Origin: Candidatus Gastranaerophilales bacterium | GTDB taxonomy: Bacteria; Cyanobacteriota; Vampirovibrionia; Gastranaerophilales; Gastranaerophilaceae | Assembly (NCBI GenBank): GCA_944323995.1 | Contig: CALUUN010000006.1 | Span: 2,807 to 66,806, forward strand | Direction of reading: 5' to 3' | Length of the DNA stretch: 64,000 nucleotides | Shown: positions 16,347-24,833 of the stretch, piece after piece | Layout: each line of letters begins with the position of its first letter | Position numbering within the stretch: position 1 is the stretch's first letter | Position numbers and translations under genes: made by a program | Notes under the pieces: generated by a model | What the model was told of the DNA's origin: nothing | The model's database searches: none | What the model saw: only the letters and a program-made list of their open reading frames with translations

Positions 16347-17384
16347 TTATTTCTTTTCATTTAACGCTGCGGCGTCGGCAACGCGGAGCGCGAAATACGG
16401 CTTGTCTTTTTCAATCAAAAACATTACAAATGTATCGTCAAAGAAAAAGTCAGCAGGTTTTCTCATTATCGGAACAGGCATTGACATTTTCATAATCAAA
16501 GCTGCTTCGCTTTTAAGTTTTACGCCTTTGTTGTCCATTTTAAAATCAATGCTTTGCAGCGCCTGATCTATTGTTAAATCAGTATCTTTAATGGTTTTAC
16601 CCTGAATTTCGGGATATTGATTAAGGCTTTTAAAGCTGATGAACGGGATTTTCAGTCTGTCTTTTTCGCCGAATCTTCTGCTTTCGGTGTATTCGGAAGA
16701 TTTTTGCATCATATCATCGTACAGTGCCGAAAGTGATTTGTTGTCATCAGTTCTGTATAAAAGGACTCTGTCATTTTGTTTTGTACGCAATTCAACCGCA
16801 AAATCGTCCGGATTGTTGTAAAACAGTACGCTGACGTTTTCACGGAGGCCTTTTTTGCTTTTTTCATTTATGCCGAAATATTCAACCTTTTTCTTATTGA
16901 GTTTGCCGAATTTTTCTTTTTTAAGTTCGTCAAAAGCGTTTAAAAATTCAAAATCTTTTTTGAGCATTGCATAAACAAGGTAATTTTTCCCCGACCAATC
17001 CATTCCCTGAAGCAGGTCGCTTGTTTCGTTGAATTTTTCCATCAATGCGGTATCAATTTGTTCTTTTAAATTCATATTGGCAACACCGTGCGCCGTGTAA
17101 TATGAATTGTCTGAAAGCATTTCTTTTGTGAATTCCTGCTTGTTGAGTTCTTCGGCAAGATTTGAGGGGCCGTCCGTAAATTCAACAGGTGCTTTTACAA
17201 CATTATCCGTCAAATCGTTCCATACAAGCTGGAAAGTTCCTGCCCAAACTTTGTTTTCATCCTGAGTTTCGGTAGAAAATACAGGCATGACAACAAGTTC
17301 TGTTTTAGGCGCTTTTTTGAAAAATGCAAACGCGGATGTCGAAAATAACATCATTGCAAGCAGTGTTAAAACAATTTTTTTCAT
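16347..17384 (-). CDS. secreted protein, tentatively serpin-like
   Basis: Signal peptide MKKIVLTLLAMMLFSTSAFA. The C-terminal pattern KSEAALIMKMSMP...ADFFFDDTFVMFLIEKDKPYFALRVAD resembles a serpin hinge and reactive loop followed by the F..D.PF.F.I strand. This is a by-eye judgement only. Confidence 0.4.
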   Translation of the reverse strand: MKKIVLTLLAMMLFSTSAFAFFKKAPKTELVVMPVFSTETQDENKVWAGTFQLVWNDLTDNVVKAPVEFTDGPSNLAEELNKQEFTKEMLSDNSYYTAHGVANMNLKEQIDTALMEKFNETSDLLQGMDWSGKNYLVYAMLKKDFEFLNAFDELKKEKFGKLNKKKVEYFGINEKSKKGLRENVSVLFYNNPDDFAVELRTKQNDRVLLYRTDDNKSLSALYDDMMQKSSEYTESRRFGEKDRLKIPFISFKSLNQYPEIQGKTIKDTDLTIDQALQSIDFKMDNKGVKLKSEAALIMKMSMPVPIMRKPADFFFDDTFVMFLIEKDKPYFALRVADAAALNEKK

Positions 17385-17396
17385 AAATTTTCCTTT

Positions 17397-17759
17397 CTAT
17401 ATATTCAAAAATCTGAAAAAACTTTCTAAAAACCCTTTTGTATCTTTTGTGTGCGGAATATTGGCCGACTTGTAATACTTTTCGTAGCTTTTTATGACAT
17501 TATCCGGCAAATCTTCGCCTCTGTCCATAATATATGATAAAAATTCAATATAGTCATCCTGCTCTTCACGGTATAAATCATCGCGGTGTCTTAAATCCTC
17601 ATCCGCCTCATAGTGAACAAGAGCATGATAAGCTGCCATAATGCTTTTGTCATCTGTTTCATCAGGAAAAGCCAGCAGGGCATCTCTTACATGCATTTCA
17701 CCGAGCCTCACTCTGCGGAGGAGCTCCGCAACCCTTTTCCTGTTTTCAATTATTGTCAT
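17397..17759 (-). CDS. hypothetical acidic cytoplasmic protein
   Basis: 120-aa track ORF, 8 nt downstream of the BlaI-like gene. I recognise no family. Confidence 0.5.
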   Translation of the reverse strand: MTIIENRKRVAELLRRVRLGEMHVRDALLAFPDETDDKSIMAAYHALVHYEADEDLRHRDDLYREEQDDYIEFLSYIMDRGEDLPDNVIKSYEKYYKSANIPHTKDTKGFLESFFRFLNI

Positions 17760-17767
17760 AAAAAATT

Positions 17768-18112
17768 TTATCCGACCAAAAACTCACTGCATTCACGTTC
17801 AATAAAACGGATCATTTCGGTATAACTTCCGTTGAAGAACCGGCCGCACAAATCCTTGACCGATTCCGCCGCCATCTCGTGTCTGTCCATAGCGGCTTTG
17901 TAGAAGAATTTTTTGCCGACTTTATATCTTACAAGAATGCTTTTTACGGTTAATCTGTCCATTACGGTTTTTATGGTAGTATAAGCTCTTTCTATTCCGG
18001 ATTGTGAAAGATAATCAACAACATCCTGTATTGAAATATCCGAATCTTCGTTTTGTTCCGTAAGAGTCCAGACAGAATTTAAAATATCCATTTCGAGTTT
18101 TCCGCACACCAT
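17768..18112 (-). CDS. BlaI/MecI/CopY family transcriptional repressor
   Basis: 114 aa. Winged-helix pattern LEMDILNSVW...ISIQDVVDYL...YTTIKTVMDRLTVKSILVRYKVGKKFFY. Confidence 0.7.
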   Translation of the reverse strand: MVCGKLEMDILNSVWTLTEQNEDSDISIQDVVDYLSQSGIERAYTTIKTVMDRLTVKSILVRYKVGKKFFYKAAMDRHEMAAESVKDLCGRFFNGSYTEMIRFIERECSEFLVG

Positions 18113-18201
18113 AGAGTATAATACCTTTTATAAATGCTAAACTGCTAACATTGTAACATAACAATTTATGTTTTCAATTCTCTTATAAAAAAACTTTACA
18201 A

Positions 18202-19350
18202 TCATTCCAGATTAAATAAATCGGTATCTTTTTTATAATTTTTTCTGAAACGTTTTTTTTCATTTTTTTTCTGATCTTTTCTTGACATATTTCTGTAGGC
18301 GTTATCAACCGAGATTTTTGTAATTGCTTTGCCGGATCTTCTGTCAAAGAAGGTCAGCCAGTATTTTCGGTGGATATTGTCGACGGAAAAAGACACTTCA
18401 CCTGCAAGTTTTTCGCCCGGGTTGATAGTTTTAAACATCATTTTTGTATCGCCGAAAACAGAAGGTCTGAAAGAAGAATTGTAATCGTTAACAAGCGCCA
18501 TATCAAATCCCGAAAGAGATTTGTCCGACATATTTGATATTGTAAGTTTCAGGGTAATGGTATTCATCTCGCCGAACGGGTCTTCTTCGTGTTCGACACC
18601 GGTAATCATAATATCAAGCCCGGGGTATAAAAGTTCTTCCTGCTTAAGCGCTTCCGATTTGTAAACGGGAAGCGGCACGGATGAATTGATTTTTACTCTT
18701 ATTTCGTCACCGGGGGCAATCAGAACCTCGTGGCCTTTTCTTATTAAAGCCATTCCAAGCCCGACAGCACCTCCGATTGCCGCACCTCCGGCAAGAGAGT
18801 ATCCTTGAGTTAAAATTGCGGTTTCAAGTCCGAGCCAGTTGAGAGCCAGAAGCCCGCCGACAACGCCTCCTGCCGCGGTATAACCCAGATCCTGCGCAAT
18901 AATTTTTGATGTTTCGGCAACAGGATGAAGTTTTGTTGACATTTTGCCGTCAATGGGAATTTCGCGGCCGTCCGGTGTCACAAGATAATCAAAAGACAGT
19001 TCAATCCAGGCTTGTTTCCCCATTTTACCAGGATCGCCGGTTTCGGTAATTTTTCCGTGAGCAACCGTTCCTTTTGGAATTATAATCCCTTTATCGCCGT
19101 AAACATCAGAGGTTACCTGAGCAAAAAACTCGTCGCCTTCCATTGAATAAGAACTGTCCAATACCTGAGTTACCGACATATTAATTATATCTTTTCGCTC
19201 AAGGTGTTCTATTTTTCCGGTAAATAATTCTTCCTGCATCTGTTTATATTCATCGGTTTCTTCCACATGCCCCTGCAGAGGTTCTGATGCAAGCGCAAAT
19301 GTATTAAACGAGAATATGATTGATATAATTAATGCAAAAATCTTTTTCAT
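18202..19350 (-). CDS. secreted/membrane protein with TrbI/VirB10-like beta-barrel segment, glycine-zipper helices and DUF4352-like C-terminal segment (tentative)
   Basis: Signal peptide MKKIFALIISIIFSFNTFALA. GDEFFAQVTSDVYGDKGIIIPKGTVAHGKI...LVTPDGREIPIDGKM resembles the TrbI/VirB10 pattern. The Gly-zipper segment is GGVVGGLLALNWLG...AGGAAIGGAVGLGMALI. Confidence 0.4.
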   Translation of the reverse strand: MKKIFALIISIIFSFNTFALASEPLQGHVEETDEYKQMQEELFTGKIEHLERKDIINMSVTQVLDSSYSMEGDEFFAQVTSDVYGDKGIIIPKGTVAHGKITETGDPGKMGKQAWIELSFDYLVTPDGREIPIDGKMSTKLHPVAETSKIIAQDLGYTAAGGVVGGLLALNWLGLETAILTQGYSLAGGAAIGGAVGLGMALIRKGHEVLIAPGDEIRVKINSSVPLPVYKSEALKQEELLYPGLDIMITGVEHEEDPFGEMNTITLKLTISNMSDKSLSGFDMALVNDYNSSFRPSVFGDTKMMFKTINPGEKLAGEVSFSVDNIHRKYWLTFFDRRSGKAITKISVDNAYRNMSRKDQKKNEKKRFRKNYKKDTDLFNLE

Positions 19351-19435
19351 AAGAATATTATATTACGTTTTAAGAAAATAGCAAAAAAAATATAAAAGTT
19401 GACTAAATTTTCCATGACATATTATAATAAAACTT

Positions 19436-19726
19436 ATGAAGAAACGTTGGTATGACTTAGATGTTACGGTCAGCAAAGCTGTTGCAATGCTGGAGAAGGC
19501 GGATGAAAACAATCAGATCCGCTGCGCCGAGTATATTATTGACCGGCTTAAAGATGTTGATTTTGATATTCCGATGTCTTTGGAAGATCAATACAATTAC
19601 ATTATGCGCCGCTGGTATGACAAAAATATTAAAGTGTCGCATGCAATGGAATATTTGAAAAATTCTCCCGTAGAAATAAGAAAACAGCTTGCGCTTGATA
19701 TAATTGACTATTTAAAACAGGTATAA
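19436..19726 (+). CDS. hypothetical protein with an internal ~38-aa tandem duplication (RWYD repeat)
   Basis: KRWYDLDVTVSKAVAMLEKADENNQIRCAEYIIDRLKD aligns with RRWYDKNIKVSHAMEYLKNSPVEIRKQLALDIIDYLKQ. Confidence 0.6.
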   Translation: MKKRWYDLDVTVSKAVAMLEKADENNQIRCAEYIIDRLKDVDFDIPMSLEDQYNYIMRRWYDKNIKVSHAMEYLKNSPVEIRKQLALDIIDYLKQV

Positions 19727-19727
19727 A

Positions 19728-20066
19728 ATGACCGACGACATCAACAAAAAAATTATTAATCTTTTTTCAAAGCATAGCAAATCAATTCCGACTGATGAAA
19801 AAATTAAATACTATGCCGGCTTTAACTATGTAAAAATTAACAAAGATACTAACGGAAAAAAGTTTAATCCCGAACATTTAAAAAAATATGCCGAAAAATG
19901 CCACTATATAGTGCGTGTAATGAGGGAGTTTGACGGGGAAACTTATTTATACAACTACGATGTGCCGAACGGCGACCTTTTTAAATTTATGAAATCGTTT
20001 GAAGAAAACACGCTTGACGGTACGATAATTGAAATAGACAAATACTTTCCGGAAGATTTAGCATGA
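19728..20066 (+). CDS. hypothetical protein
   Basis: 112-aa track ORF. It starts 2 nt after the previous stop and overlaps the radical SAM start by 4 nt. Confidence 0.5.
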   Translation: MTDDINKKIINLFSKHSKSIPTDEKIKYYAGFNYVKINKDTNGKKFNPEHLKKYAEKCHYIVRVMREFDGETYLYNYDVPNGDLFKFMKSFEENTLDGTIIEIDKYFPEDLA

Positions 20067-22597
20067 ACTGTTTTTTCAGACAATATCACGACGCTTTATA
20101 CAATTGCACAAAACCGTATCAATATGTCGGCGGAGAATTTTTATCGCACAATAAAGATTTTGACAGTGCAAAGGTTCGGTTTGCATTTGCATTTCCCGAT
20201 AAATACGAAATCGGCGTAAGCAATCTGGGTGTGCGGGTTTTATATGAACTTATTAACAGGCATGAAGGCTATATGTGTGACAGAGTTTATGCACCGGAGC
20301 CGGATTTTAAGCCCGAACCGCTTTACGGGCTTGAAAGTAAACGACCGATAAAAGATTTTGACGCTGTCGGGTTTTCCATTCAATATGAAATGTCTTATCC
20401 GACTATTTTAAAGATGCTCGAGATGGCGCAAATTCCTTACAAAAACACAGACCGCACCGAAGATGACCCTATTATAATCGGCGGCGGCCCTTGCGCATAT
20501 AATCCTTTACCTGTTGCCGAATTTCTGGATGTATTTATGATAGGCGACGGCGAGGACAGTATTATTGAGGTGTGCGAAATTCTGGAAAAAACAAAAGGAC
20601 TTCCGCGCAAAGAACGTATAAAGGCACTTGTTGAAGGTGAAAATTCAGGCCGCTGGTCGCTTTTAGACGGCGGAAAAGTTAAAAAACGTATTGCACAGCT
20701 TGATTATGAAAGAGCCTTAAAATCTTACCCCATACCTTTTTCATCCTCAGTTCACGACAGGGCGATTGTTGAAATCAGGCGCGGATGCGGGCGCATGTGC
20801 AGATTTTGCCAGCCGGGGCATGTAACACTTCCTATCAGAGAAAGAAGCGCGGAAGATATTATTAAAATTGCAAAAGAACTTGTTAAAAATACAGGTTATG
20901 ATGAATATTCTCTGCTTTCGCTTTCATCAAACGATTATGCAAATATTAATGAAGTTATAAAAGAACTTTCAATAGATTTTAACGAAAAAAAAGTTTCGGT
21001 ATCTTTGCCGAGCCAGCGCATAGACGGATTCAATCTTGAACTTGCAAACCTTGTGCAGAGCGTACGAAAATCTACCATGACGCTTGCGCCGGAAGCGGGA
21101 AGCCAGAGGCTCAGAAACGTAATCAAGAAAAATATCACAGAAGAACAAATTCTTGACGCTGTTTTGACGCTTTATGAAAACGGCTGGTCAAGAGTTAAAT
21201 TTTATTTCATCTGCGGGCTTCCGTCGGAAACTCTTGAAGATATGGATGAAATGGCTGAATTGCTCGCAAAAATTAAATACCGCACAAAACAGATTAAAAA
21301 AGAAAAAAATCTTAACCACGGAATGGATATTACCTGTACTCTTTCAATTTTTGTTCCCAAACCTTTTACGCCTTTACAGTGGTGTCCTCAGATGAATCTT
21401 GATGAAGTTACGGCGCATATTCATTATTTAAAAGATAAAATTTCACATCTCAAAGGTGTTAAAATAAATTATCACGAAAAATTTGTTTCTCAGATAGAAG
21501 CCGTTCTTACCCGCGGTGATATCAGCCTGTGTAAATATATTGAAAAATTATACCAAAAAGGCTGTTATCTGGATGCATGGGGTGAGTATTTTGATAAAAA
21601 CATCTGGCAGGAAACGGCAAAAGAACTCGGATTTGACCTTGCAGGACTTGCGCAAAAACAATACGATTTGAATGATGAACTTCCGTGGGATTTTATTGAT
21701 ACGGGATTAAATAAAGACTGGCTTATTAATGAATACAAACAGGCTTTCCGTGTTGACGCAAATTCTTTGAATATTGTTCCGACCTGTGAAAAACAGTGCG
21801 TAAACTGCGGCGTCTGCCCGAATTTTAAAACTCATAAAGTAATGGCAAAACCGTTTAAGGCTTCTGATAAGGCGCAAAAACTTTCAAAACTGCAGCCCGT
21901 CAATCCGGCAAATGCCCACGCACAGATTAAAGAAACTTATAAATACAGAATTAAACTGACAAAAACAGGTATTTTAAAATACTTTTCACACCTTGACTGG
22001 CAGAATACTTTTTTCAAAGCTCTTGCGCGGAGCGGTTTGAATATTGCGTTTTCGCTCGGATTCAACCCTTCCATGAAAGTTTCCATGGGTGTTGCTCTGC
22101 CGTTGTTTGAGGAAAGTTTAACCGAATTTGTTGATATTGAGCTTTACGACGATATTTTGGAATGTGAACTCCAACTAAAGTTAGAAAAAGTTTTGCCGCC
22201 GCAATCTCAAATAATAAGTATTGTAAAACTTGAAAAAGGTGCAAAATCAATAGATAATACCGTATTTTGGGCAGAATACAAGGTTGAGATTTCTGATCCG
22301 GCTCTTTACGATTTTGAAAAATTAGTGTATAATACAAACAGAGTTTTATCTTCCGATGAGATTTATATTGAGAAGAAAAACAAAAAAGGTTTAATTAAAA
22401 AAACAGACATAAAACCGTCAATAAAATCATACAGATTTGAGAATGATTGTCTGTTCATAGTATTAAAAACGGGTCAAAACCTTGAAGGCAAACTCCAATC
22501 TTTGAGAGCGGACGTACTGATGAATTTGATTGCGGAGAAAATACCGTTTAATATCACGCGGACAAGGTTCTTTGACGAGAGTTTAAAAGAGTTATAG
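20063..22597 (+). CDS. B12-binding-domain radical SAM protein (TIGR03960-like) fused to a DUF2344/TIGR03936-like C-terminal domain
   Basis: 844 aa. Radical SAM cluster motif RGCGRMCRFCQPG. The C-terminal 230 aa are DUF2344-like. It sits in the usual position directly upstream of RNase E/G. Confidence 0.8.
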   Translation: MNCFFRQYHDALYNCTKPYQYVGGEFLSHNKDFDSAKVRFAFAFPDKYEIGVSNLGVRVLYELINRHEGYMCDRVYAPEPDFKPEPLYGLESKRPIKDFDAVGFSIQYEMSYPTILKMLEMAQIPYKNTDRTEDDPIIIGGGPCAYNPLPVAEFLDVFMIGDGEDSIIEVCEILEKTKGLPRKERIKALVEGENSGRWSLLDGGKVKKRIAQLDYERALKSYPIPFSSSVHDRAIVEIRRGCGRMCRFCQPGHVTLPIRERSAEDIIKIAKELVKNTGYDEYSLLSLSSNDYANINEVIKELSIDFNEKKVSVSLPSQRIDGFNLELANLVQSVRKSTMTLAPEAGSQRLRNVIKKNITEEQILDAVLTLYENGWSRVKFYFICGLPSETLEDMDEMAELLAKIKYRTKQIKKEKNLNHGMDITCTLSIFVPKPFTPLQWCPQMNLDEVTAHIHYLKDKISHLKGVKINYHEKFVSQIEAVLTRGDISLCKYIEKLYQKGCYLDAWGEYFDKNIWQETAKELGFDLAGLAQKQYDLNDELPWDFIDTGLNKDWLINEYKQAFRVDANSLNIVPTCEKQCVNCGVCPNFKTHKVMAKPFKASDKAQKLSKLQPVNPANAHAQIKETYKYRIKLTKTGILKYFSHLDWQNTFFKALARSGLNIAFSLGFNPSMKVSMGVALPLFEESLTEFVDIELYDDILECELQLKLEKVLPPQSQIISIVKLEKGAKSIDNTVFWAEYKVEISDPALYDFEKLVYNTNRVLSSDEIYIEKKNKKGLIKKTDIKPSIKSYRFENDCLFIVLKTGQNLEGKLQSLRADVLMNLIAEKIPFNITRTRFFDESLKEL

Positions 22598-22609
22598 AAG
22601 GATTTTTTT

Positions 22610-24325
22610 ATGGGAAATTTTAAAAACAACAATCGAAACAAGCAGCAGAATGACAATACTGTTGTTGAAAAGAAAATTGTCATTGCAGAACGCGACAATA
22701 TTGCAGCAGTTCTGGAAAACAAAAAAGTAACGGACTTTTTCATTCATAGAGGCGACGTATTGCTCGGGGATGTTTATCTTGCAACTGTTGACAATATTTT
22801 GCCGAGTATTGATGCGGCATTTGTTAATGTAGGCACAGATAAAATGGGCTTTTTGCACGCGGAAGACGTTATGGGCAAAGGCACCTTGAAAGAAAAATTA
22901 AAACCGAAACAAAGACTTATTGTTCAGGTGGTAAAAGAACCCACAGGTCATAAAGGTCCCAGAGTTACGACAGAAATAAGCCTTCCCGGAAGATTTCTTG
23001 TCCTGATGCCTTATGAACCGGGCGTGAGCGTAAGTAAAAAGATTGAAAATTCCAAAGAAAGAGCAAGGCTTAAAGCTATAATGAACCTGATAAAACCTGT
23101 CGGAGTCGGCGTTATTATAAGAACAGAAGCCGAAGGTCAGTCAGAAGCCGATATTCAGGAAGATTTGGAAATCCTGCTTGAAAAATGGAATAATATTATA
23201 ACATCATCAGAAACCTTAAATCCTCCGAATCTTATATACAGAGATCAGGATTTGTTATACAGGGTAATCAGAGAAGCCTGCACGGATGATGTCAAAGAAA
23301 TTATTGTTGATACGGCATTTGCCTTGAACAGAGTTCAAAACATTCTGCAAAACTGGCACATGAACAAAAACGTTCAGGTGACATTATACAAAGGCACAGA
23401 ACCGCTTCTGGTTGCAATGGATATTCATAAAGAAATCAAAGCCGCTTTGAACGTAAAAGTTAATATGCCCTCGGGCGGTTATTTGTTTATCCAGCAAACA
23501 GAGGCTCTTACGGTAATTGATGTTAACAGCGGCAAATTCACAAGTTCGGCAACTCAGGATGAAACAATTTTAAAAACCAATATAGAAGCTGTCCATGAAA
23601 TCGCACGCCAGCTCAGATTAAGAAACATCGGCGGAATGGTTATTATTGACTTTATTGATATGGTTTCGCGCGCGGACAAACTTGCCATAATGGAAGAATT
23701 GGAAATTGCGCTTGAACCTGACAAGGCAAAACCTCAGGTCGGCCAGCTTTCGGATCTCGGGCTTGTTGAATTGACACGCCACAGACAGGGGCAGTCGCTT
23801 TCCGAAATATTTACCAAAAAATGCCCGCACTGTCAGGGAAGCGGTTATTTTATGAACGAATTTAACTTTGCAACTCCGACCGCAGAGGGTGAATACAGAG
23901 CAAAACAGGCAAAAACAAAACTCCCTGTTTCAAACAGCTTCAAGAAAAACAAAAATAACAAACCTCAAGAGGCGGAACCTGCGGTTGAACAGCAGCAGGC
24001 GCCCGTTCAAATAGAAGTTGAAAATCCGTCGCAGACTGCGCAGAATAATGAAAATTCAAAACGCGATAACAAACGCAAAAACAACAAGCGCGGCAAATTT
24101 AATAAAAATAAAGAACTTCAGGCGGAAAACGAAGTTCAAACCGCAGAAACATTGATTAAACCTAACGAAGAAATAAAACCTGTGGTTGAAGCTGCGGAAC
24201 AGGCTCCGGTTGAAATTTCCGAACCCGTTGAGGAAAAAACGCAAAAGGAAGAAAAACCGAAAAGAAAACGTACGGCAGCAAGAAAACCGAGAGCAAAAAA
24301 AAGCGAGGCAAAAGTTGAAGCATAA
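22610..24325 (+). CDS. rne: ribonuclease E/G family (Rne/Rng) with K/E/Q-rich C-terminal tail
   Basis: S1 domain GDVYLATVDNILPSIDAAFVNVGTDKMGFLH. Catalytic core ALTVIDVNSGKF...GGMVIIDFIDM. Zn-link CPHCQGSG. Confidence 0.9.
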   Translation: MGNFKNNNRNKQQNDNTVVEKKIVIAERDNIAAVLENKKVTDFFIHRGDVLLGDVYLATVDNILPSIDAAFVNVGTDKMGFLHAEDVMGKGTLKEKLKPKQRLIVQVVKEPTGHKGPRVTTEISLPGRFLVLMPYEPGVSVSKKIENSKERARLKAIMNLIKPVGVGVIIRTEAEGQSEADIQEDLEILLEKWNNIITSSETLNPPNLIYRDQDLLYRVIREACTDDVKEIIVDTAFALNRVQNILQNWHMNKNVQVTLYKGTEPLLVAMDIHKEIKAALNVKVNMPSGGYLFIQQTEALTVIDVNSGKFTSSATQDETILKTNIEAVHEIARQLRLRNIGGMVIIDFIDMVSRADKLAIMEELEIALEPDKAKPQVGQLSDLGLVELTRHRQGQSLSEIFTKKCPHCQGSGYFMNEFNFATPTAEGEYRAKQAKTKLPVSNSFKKNKNNKPQEAEPAVEQQQAPVQIEVENPSQTAQNNENSKRDNKRKNNKRGKFNKNKELQAENEVQTAETLIKPNEEIKPVVEAAEQAPVEISEPVEEKTQKEEKPKRKRTAARKPRAKKSEAKVEA

Positions 24326-24605
24326 AATTTCAAAATTCATAATTCCGGCGGCGGTAATTTTAATTACCGCCCTTCCCGGCCATTGTGCGCCGTCGGTTTC
24401 CGTCAAGCAGGCGGCAGTAAAATTTCTGCTTGCGATGGGCGGGGTTGCGCTTTCGTCGTTTATAATTTTTGCGGGCCTTACGATTTACAACAAGTTTTTT
24501 GCGGAACGCAAATCAATCACCTTTGACAGGGAAGATTCGCTCTCAACGCCGGAAAACGTTGATGATGCCGTGAGATTTTTTATAAAGAAGAATAAATTAA
24601 GGTAA
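24315..24605 (+). CDS. small hypothetical membrane protein (TTG start, overlaps rne stop)
   Basis: Reads (L->M)KHKISKFIIPAAVILITALPGHCAP... plus a second helix GGVALSSFIIFAGLTIY. The upstream part of the track ORF from 24186 is an alternative-frame read of the rne tail. Confidence 0.45.
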   Translation: MKHKISKFIIPAAVILITALPGHCAPSVSVKQAAVKFLLAMGGVALSSFIIFAGLTIYNKFFAERKSITFDREDSLSTPENVDDAVRFFIKKNKLR

Positions 24606-24608
24606 AGT

Positions 24609-24833
24609 ATGAAAAAAGGTTTTGGCGTAATTGAGTTATTAATAGGTTTTTTGCTGTTAAGTATAATAATAGCGGGTTTTATGCACATGACGCTTGTAAT
24701 GATGCCGGACGGCAGCCTGAAGCATTCACGGGTTGAAGATGCACGGAACAGTGCAAACGAAATGATTAAAAATATTCAAGATATAAAACAAAAAAATCTT
24801 GAATATCAGCGGGATTTACTTAACAATAACTGA
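24609..24833 (+). CDS. small pilin/pseudopilin-like protein (prepilin-type N-terminus)
   Basis: MKKG|FGVIELLIGFLLLSIIIAGF: Gly at -1, Glu at +5 and a hydrophobic helix. 74 aa. Confidence 0.6.
   Translation: MKKGFGVIELLIGFLLLSIIIAGFMHMTLVMMPDGSLKHSRVEDARNSANEMIKNIQDIKQKNLEYQRDLLNNN

Noticed and set aside
24186-24314. Upstream part of the 139-aa track ORF overlapping the rne 3' end
   Set aside because: It is an alternative-frame reading of the K/E-rich rne tail (MKLRNRLRLKFPNPLRKKRKRKK). Only the part from TTG 24315, which has the hydrophobic helices, looks like a real gene.
23880-24325. Repetitive-looking K/E/Q/N-rich stretch, considered as a tandem repeat or CRISPR-like array
   Set aside because: It is in-frame low-complexity coding sequence of the RNase E/G C-terminal tail. 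It has no regular repeat-spacer periodicity.
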